Assembly: GCA_002633005.1 (NCBI GenBank)
Contig: NMRA01000036.1
Location: 1,042,911 to 1,099,068, forward strand
Origin: Phoronis australis
Lineage: Eukaryota > Animalia > Phoronida
DNA length: 56,158 bases
Direction of reading: 5' to 3'
A program made the translations under genes and the position numbers. This document shows, in pieces, positions 51,201 through 56,158 of the stretch (position 1 is the first letter of the stretch; each line of letters opens with the position of its first letter). The notes below the pieces were generated by a model, which had not been told where the DNA came from, did no database searches, and saw only the letters and a program-made list of their open reading frames with translations.

Positions 51201-52684
51201 GTGATTATTGCCGAGTTGCCAGACCAATTCATTCAAAGAAAACTAGCCTGGGTACGTTCATGTACTTTTCGGAAAAAAATTCGCTACAAATGATTTGGTC
51301 ACTTCTTTAAACAACCATATGTAGGTTTCAACATGAGTCAGGCATAGACCAGAACCAATTATGCTATTTTCTTTGGCCTTACCCTAATTCATTTCATAAA
51401 CAAGCAATGAAAATCCATGCACCAATCAGAACTCCACAACTCACAAACTCACTCCAACAACAGTACTTGCACAGTAACACACTACCTGACCCTTGATCAA
51501 ACATCGCAAGAACCTCAGTGCCGTGTGTCGATCTTCCATGGGGATGCTAGGTCGTAAAAGATCTTTCACTGTTAACCATAGCGTCTCCACAGCCTGCATT
51601 TCCAGCCTTCTATTTTCAACGATGATGCACATCTCTCGAATCGTACGAATTCGGTTATTATGTGGGCTGTCTGGTCCGATTTCCTACTAGGACATAGTGC
51701 ATAGTGAACAGTTGGGGATCGTTTACAGTTCAAATCCAGTTTCCACCAGGTTTTATACTAGTGGTGATTTTCAACTTCACATTTCAGAGTGTACATGAAC
51801 ACTAAGCGACAACACTTCCTAATCAGCCAAAGAGGCAAAGGTCAGTTTAGCCTAGATAGCTCTCAAGCTTAAACAGAGTTTTGTGAAGGTCGTCCACTGT
51901 TTTCAGCATAATAAGGTGCACGTCACAGAGCTTGTAGATGTGACAAGAGATGAAGCAATGTAACAAACCATGCCAATGAATGAAAAGCAGATTCGAAACG
52001 AAACCTCCAACTTTAAGTGCTTAATCACATCAACCATGAAATCAAACAAGAGTGACGATCATTTCCATATTAATTTTTTAGACTGCAAACAGAAAGTTTC
52101 AAAGGAGTACATTTAACGTTTTACTTCATCCCGTTTAGCTGACAAAAGAACGAGAATTGAATTATGCTTTTTATTTTCATCAAATAGGTCTCGTAACTCC
52201 TTACCATGACAGGATTCTATTTCCATAACCAACAAATTCTTCTGAGGTTTATTGCTGTTGACCAACCATAAAATTGAAAATTCGAAAGGTGCATGCACGC
52301 ATTGCCTGTGAGTTGGTAATGAAGATGGAATCCTATCACAATTAGGAATATTGCAAGACCAATTCGATTTTCACTTTTAATTTGATATTGCAACAAAGAA
52401 CCATGTAAAGTGTCTGTGCCTTGTCAGTCCTCTGGACAATCTTGAATGGAATTCATCTCTTAGCGTCAATCAAAATTTTTGGACTCTGAAACAGATTTAC
52501 TGTTTCCACAATATTCCTCTCTTGAAACAAACTCATGAGAACAGGGTCATACCTTCAATAACTCTGGTGTAAACGTAATTTCTTTCGACTGGCTTTTGAA
52601 GGAAGATGCATTTAGACTACCTCCTTGCTTGATCCCAAAGAAATTGCGAAATCTCTTCATCACACTACTCTCGTCCTTAGACAT
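18149..52684 (-). CDS. TSC2: Tuberin (TSC2), multi-exon, 5' part only (N-terminal ~570 aa); the gene continues left of the window
   Basis: Twelve distinct GT-AG exons splice in frame, apart from one missing exon, into a protein colinear with tuberin. Matching motifs include NNRIR, AVETLW...[51 protein letters not shown] and [14 protein letters not shown]. Confidence 0.95.
18426..19727 (+). mobile_element. Family H element, older and diverged copy
   Basis: Head AACAAAAGCAATGCAGATCGTTGAAA, AAATTGCCAC-type subrepeats and a degenerate terminal hairpin ...TATGTGGGCCAAT. The 3' half is repeated at 27576-28153. Confidence 0.6.
20522..22174 (+). mobile_element. Kolobok-like family A copy 3 (both termini present)
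   Basis: TTAA-AGTAGAATGCCACCC ... GGTTGGCATTCTCCT-TTTTAA, with a THAP remnant at ~20690-20930. Colinear with copies 1 and 2. Confidence 0.75.
26069..26224 (-). CDS. TSC2: Second, identical copy of the 156-nt TSC2 exon (probably an allelic duplicate)
   Basis: Same sequence and splice sites as 30205-30360, offset 4136 nt, inside a larger duplicated block joined by a single N at 27575. Confidence 0.6.
30205..30360 (-). CDS. TSC2: TSC2 coding exon (156 nt): [52 protein letters not shown]
   Basis: TTGTAG acceptor, AGG|GTAAG donor, phase 0-0. Matches the tuberin EELI..VV..QL.HI segment. Confidence 0.92.
30379..34453 (-). mobile_element. Decayed Academ-like (XPG/PIN-nuclease-bearing) DNA transposon with ~300-bp imperfect TIRs
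   Basis: 30379-30700 is inverted relative to ~34110-34453 (e.g. CTGCGTCATTTCCAAGATGGCC vs GGCCATCTTGGAAATGACGCAG). Broken minus-strand coding at ~31880-33850 reads HLQAV...[50 protein letters not shown]...LDPVDWDW, and a terminal Cys cluster CN...CSTPRCS. The superfamily call comes from recalled Academ architecture (transposase, XPG, Cys finger). Confidence 0.65.
31880..33850 (-). pseudogene. Frameshifted transposase/XPG-like ORF remnant of the Academ-like element
   Basis: Consecutive minus-strand ORF fragments 33563-33841, 33272-33547, 32736-33053, 32650-32883 and 32070-32357 in shifting frames, with motifs in the expected order. Confidence 0.7.
34829..35192. other. Assembly gap (364 N)
   Basis: Run of N. 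Confidence 1.
35193..35715 (+). mobile_element. 3' part of a second Helentron/DINE-like family
   Basis: TGACCTTTGACC-type subrepeats, an (AAGAAT)n microsatellite at ~35626-35661 and a terminal hairpin TACTCTGCGC-TTACAC-GCGCAGAGTA (35690-35715) followed by ATAA. Confidence 0.6.
36003..36106 (-). CDS. TSC2: TSC2 coding exon 10 (104 nt): [34 protein letters not shown]
   Basis: GCAG acceptor, AG|GTTTG donor, phase 0-2, conserved SYRAQSIHP. Confidence 0.94.
37672..37815 (-). CDS. TSC2: TSC2 coding exon 9 (144 nt): [48 protein letters not shown]
   Basis: Long polypyrimidine tract with ACAG acceptor, GTAAGT donor, phase 0-0. Confidence 0.9.
39938..40030 (+). repeat. Degenerate TTAGG/TTAGGG-like low-complexity patch
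   Basis: TTAGGATTAGGTTTAGGGG...GGTTAGCGTTAGGGTTA...GTTAGATTAGG...GTTAGGGTT. Confidence 0.55.
40089..40232 (-). CDS. TSC2: TSC2 coding exon 8 (144 nt): [48 protein letters not shown]
   Basis: CCCAG acceptor, GAG|GTAGG donor, phase 0-0. Confidence 0.92.
41281..41407 (-). CDS. TSC2: TSC2 coding exon 7 (127 nt): [42 protein letters not shown]
   Basis: TTTACAG acceptor, GAG|GTAAT donor, phase 2-0, conserved LLRG.VFF.GMALWG. Confidence 0.95.
42221..42703 (+). mobile_element. Family H element, 5' part
   Basis: Head AACAAGAGCAACGCGGAGCGTTGAAATGCACCCACGAATGC plus subrepeats. Confidence 0.65.
43670..44382 (+). mobile_element. Diverged family H-related element (its head may be at ~43210-43330)
   Basis: GGCCACTAGGTGG and CCAAATTT subrepeats, and a terminal hairpin ATGCACCCACATATATATGTGTGGGTGTAT. 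Confidence 0.55.
44727..44800 (-). CDS. TSC2: TSC2 coding exon 6 (74 nt): [24 protein letters not shown]
   Basis: TTTCCAG acceptor, GTAAGT donor, highly conserved [10 protein letters not shown] motif. Confidence 0.95.
45583..45763 (-). CDS. TSC2: TSC2 coding exon 5 (181 nt): NICTLCKP...YSCLPACSL...[16 protein letters not shown]
   Basis: AAG acceptor, AAG|GTACT donor, phase 2-0. Matches the tuberin YNCLP...LCRTINV...CWK segment. Confidence 0.88.
46354..46486 (-). CDS. TSC2: TSC2 coding exon 4 (133 nt): [10 protein letters not shown]...[17 protein letters not shown]
   Basis: TTTTTCAG acceptor, GTAAGT donor, phase 1-2. Confidence 0.92.
47464..47608 (-). CDS. TSC2: TSC2 coding exon 3 (145 nt): [18 protein letters not shown]...[21 protein letters not shown]
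   Basis: TTTTTAG acceptor, G|GTA donor, phase 0-1. Matches the tuberin LEVFKALTDNG motif. Confidence 0.92.
47834..50524 (+). mobile_element. Family H element with a second complete family H copy (48687-50199) nested inside it
   Basis: Two heads (47834, 48687) and two GGAC microsatellite tails (~50109-50156, ~50476-50512). The outer copy breaks at AAAACAGTAA and resumes at AAAAACGGCGACTAGGTGGCGC. The inner copy has 5' ATGCGCCCAC inverted to 3' GTGGGCGCAT, which is also one arm of the terminal hairpin (50170-50199). Confidence 0.75.
51486..51683 (-). CDS. TSC2: TSC2 coding exon 2 (198 nt): [19 protein letters not shown]...[11 protein letters not shown]
   Basis: TAG acceptor, CAG|GTAGT donor, phase 0-0, tuberin motifs NNRIR and AVETLW. 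Confidence 0.92.
52553..52684 (-). CDS. TSC2: TSC2 coding exon 1 (132 nt): [44 protein letters not shown]
   Basis: ATG at 52684-52682 and donor AAG|GT at 52552. An upstream acceptor TTTTTTTCAG at 52720 implies an earlier non-coding exon. Resembles the tuberin N-terminus. Confidence 0.85.
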
Positions 52685-52989
52685 ATTCTTCCAATAACAG
52701 CATTAGACGTTTATTTGGTCTGAAAAAAACAACTACATGTAATGACATGGGAAAGAGCACCTGGAGAATCTGTTCTTCATTCCTGAAACACATAAAAGTC
52801 ACAAAAAGAACAATCTAATTAAAACATAAGAATAGCAATGAATGTATCGGAACCAAAAAGCCAATAAAACAATAGCCATTGACCTTCCCTTATTGTGAAC
52901 TTCCGACACCTACAGAATGCCACGAAAGCATGTTATGTTAGACTCACTTAAGTATCGATTTTCCGTTATAGTATCAACATACTGGAACA

Positions 52990-54195
52990 ACAGCAACAAA
53001 GAACATTAAAATGCGCCCGTGAATGCATCGCAAATGCTGTTCTACTGGGGGTGTTTATCTGTATCTCAAAAATGGTCACTAGATGGCGTGGACGCAAAAA
53101 ACAGCTTAGATAACAGCAAAAATGAGAACTAGGTGGCGCAAAATATGTTGAATCCATCCGAAAACGGGAACATGTCATAGCTTTTTAACAGAAAGCTATT
53201 TAATTTCACAAAAATTCATAAAGGAACTTCAGAGAAACAGAGAAAAACAGAAAAAAATGAAATTGCCACCAGGGAGCACAGCATTCGTCAGATCCGTCTG
53301 AAAGTCGTGGTTGTCCAATGTAAACTTCATATGAATACAATTGCTTTAATAAAGATACTGCAAATGGGTTTAGGAGATAAAGCTATGGGCACAAAAAAAC
53401 AAAACTACCACTAGCAGGTGCCACAGCAGTCAAAGTCGTCATCACAAACTGTCCTTTTTATTCTAAGAACAAATATGCCAATTTTCGCAACCATCCTTAG
53501 AATGGTTTGGTTGACAGAGGGGCAGACACCAAAAAATAGATTCGAACACAGCAAAAATTGCCACTAGGTGGTGCAAAATACCTCAAATCCATTCAAAAAC
53601 TGGAGGATAGCATCATCTCACCAATAGATGCCTATATTCCAAATTTTATGAAAATCCGTAGAGGACCTTAACAGTAAAAAACTAAAATTGCCACTACGGG
53701 GCACACACCGATCCTGCATAGTGTTAAGGAAATACAGCCAAAAACTGCCACTAGGAGGCGCTACAGTAGTCAAAGTCAACAGAAAATCGTCGTCAGCCGT
53801 CCTCTTCATATAAAGAACATACATGCCAATTTTCACAACCATCCTTAAGAGTGGTTTGGTTGATGGATGGGCGGATGCCAAAAACAGACTCGAAAACAGT
53901 AAAAATGGTCACTAGGTGGTGCAAAATACTTGAATCCATCCGAAAATAAAAGCATAGCGTCATCTCACTAATAGATACCTATATGCCAAATTTTATGAAA
54001 ATTCAATAAAGACCTTTGAAGATAAAAACTAAATTGCCCACTAGGGGACACTTAACGGAAGTCTGATCCATCTGAAAGTTCGCTCATGCCGTCCCATTAA
54101 TGAAGGGAACACATGTTGAAAATTTCATAAACATGCAAGAAATGGCTTTGGAAATAGAGCAGTGGATGCCGGACGGACAAATGGTGATGGCTGCA
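52990..54195 (+). mobile_element. Family H element in the TSC2 5'-UTR intron or upstream region
   Basis: Degenerate head ...AAATGCGCCCGTGAATGCATCGC, the same subrepeats, and a GGACGGAC tail at ~54171. Confidence 0.65.
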
Positions 54196-55600
54196 TAGTT
54201 GGGGCACAATTTAGAAGCAACAAGCTATTTTTAAAATAACAAACCTTCCCTTGTGATTAGGCAAAGTAGGCGATGATCTGATTAATAGATTTGTTGATAC
54301 ATTAAAGTGGCAATAAACCCATCTTCCAATATATAAACCAACTTTTGATTTAGAAAACTTACCGGTGATTTCAAGGTTACCAAAAAACTGCCAGTTTATT
54401 ATTACTACAGACCAGGCTCAACAAGTTGACTTCTCATGGTGTATTATTTTCCCCTCATACATTGTGTCAAGGAATAATGAGCTTTCTGTTCAACAAGAGC
54501 AATGCCGAGCGTAGACATGTGCCCAATAAGTACATCGCATACAGTGTAGACACAAGGCAATCACCTGGTTTTTAACCCCAGTAATTTGTTATCTGTATTT
54601 TGTTTAATAAAGATGTATCAAAGCCATATACAGTTGAGTTATTGTTTTAGAAATCTTTTTCAATTCAAAACAAGCCTGTTATGTGAAACATAAGATCTAC
54701 TTTAAAGCCTACCTTCAACGGTAACACACCTAAATTTCGTGCCTACAATATTTTAAGAGCATCGCTCCGAGACCACTAGTGCTATAAATTGCGAAATGTA
54801 ACGCACTGTTAGACGTGTTAGCTTGCTTTTGTCTACGTCACCACGAGAATCACCTTTTAATTCAAACAGCTGAGAATAAAACCAACATGCAATGGTGTTC
54901 TATTAAGACCCCTATTCAATACAACCTTTTGTTTGTGCTGGGATCTCGCAGTGAGGCAACATGGTTAGCCTACTACATCTAAGGTAACAAAATTCCATTG
55001 AAATTAGGCTTTAAGATGTGTGGCAAGTGGACCAGGTTTCTCGGCCATGATATACGAGCGATGAACGCATTTTCCACATCAATGACTACACGGTAGTAGC
55101 CCTTCGTTTACACAAACGCCGTAAAGACATGACTAGACTTTTTGTCAGCGAGCTTGATACTGGTACGTTCATAATTTCGGAAGTCTCCTTTCTTCTGGTG
55201 TGCAGGTATGAAGTAAAACACCGAGAGACAAGGCGGCGGGTGAATCTCTGTTTCAGGAAAGACTTCTGTGTGTAGACGGATTAAGTACTTCGGTAAGTGT
55301 GTTTAGGTATAACACGAAGATAGATATTTAGTAGTGAGAATCGTGTTTCTAAGTATCGTACAGAGGACGTGCTATGGCAACAGCATGTTGTGATAGCTTG
55401 TCACACTGAAATCATGACTAGCAGTCAAGAGCAGAGGATTAAAACGGGGCCAAGTTGAATGAACAAAACGATCAATTGTAACGCTGCATCTGAGGAAACT
55501 GAAGCAATTCTGAAAAAAATGCTTTATTCCAACATCACTGATAACAAAGTTGTTGAACACAACGAAATGATATGCATTTGTTCGAGTTGGAAGGAATTAA

Positions 55601-55948
55601 ACACATCAACAAACCTCCTAAGGTGTTCCTCTATGCGCAAAAGGTATTTATAACAACGTAACTTTGATGTTTTAGTCGGTGCGAGGCATAATTCGCCGAA
55701 AAGCTTCCGGCGTATGGAGTGCCTAGCTATACTCGGCTATAGGAGCCCCATCGCCTCTGGTCATGGCCAACACTAGGCAATGACCATCGCCTCTATTGGC
55801 CCGAACCAGAGGCGATGCAGCTCCTATAGGCGCTCCATACGCCGGAAGCTTTTCGGCGAATTATGCCTCGCACCGACTAAACCATCAGTCATGTTGTTAT
55901 AAATACCTTTTGCGCATAGAGGAGCACCTTAGGAGGTTGTCGATGTGT
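55601..55948. mobile_element. Palindromic (foldback) MITE flanked by TTAA
   Basis: TTAA at 55597-55600 and 55949-55952. The arms pair almost end to end, e.g. TAGTCGGTGCGAGGCATAATTCGCCGAAAAGCTTCCGGCGTATGGAG vs CTCCATACGCCGGAAGCTTTTCGGCGAATTATGCCTCGCACCGACTA. Confidence 0.8.
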
Positions 55949-56010
55949 TTAATGGGGCTATTCGGAGAATTCTCCTCGCGGTGTCGCTGCTGTACTAGTG
56001 GTGATTAAAT

Positions 56011-56020
56011 TGCGCATGCG
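56011..56020. promoter_or_regulatory. NRF1-like motif TGCGCATGCG in a CpG-richer region upstream of TSC2
   Basis: Match to the NRF1 core palindrome, with an ETS-like CGGAAGT at 55178. Motif match only. Confidence 0.25.
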
Positions 56021-56158
56021 TGGCTTTCTGCATGTAAACAACTGGTAAAAGATGGAATTTTTATCAAAATACGTCGTCGCGCTAAGCCTTATTACTGCTA
56101 ATTTCCCTGGTGCAAGTCTTCGACAGGTGGCCACAAATTCCCAAAAGACCTAAGGTTA

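Noticed and set aside
55459-55653. Plus-strand 64-aa ORF as a head-to-head neighbour gene
   Set aside because: No recognisable homology, and its 3' end runs into the palindromic MITE.

Overview
AT-rich, repeat-dense animal genomic DNA, probably from an invertebrate bilaterian draft assembly (one 364-nt N gap and two single-N joins). The minus strand carries the 5' part of a TSC2/tuberin gene. Twelve distinct coding exons can be read by hand from the ATG at 52684 down to 18149, all with GT-AG boundaries. One expected exon is missing, probably in the N gap, and one 156-nt exon is present twice. The rest of the gene must lie left of the window. On the opposite strand, inside what should be a >18-kb TSC2 intron, is an intact 817-aa ADAM10/Kuzbanian-type ORF (6741-9194) with an intronless CDS, most likely a retrogene. 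Its tail carries an overlapping PSAP/PPxY motif and it lacks the usual pro/catalytic furin site. The introns are full of DNA transposons: two TTAA-flanked Kolobok-like families with THAP remnants, a decayed Academ-like element, palindromic MITEs and an abundant Helentron/DINE-like non-autonomous family. That family is built from ~150-bp subunits that each carry a CTCF-consensus-like motif, and all copies I traced lie in one orientation. The duplications around the single Ns at 12784 and 27575 look like unmerged haplotypes. All calls are by eye, without database searches.
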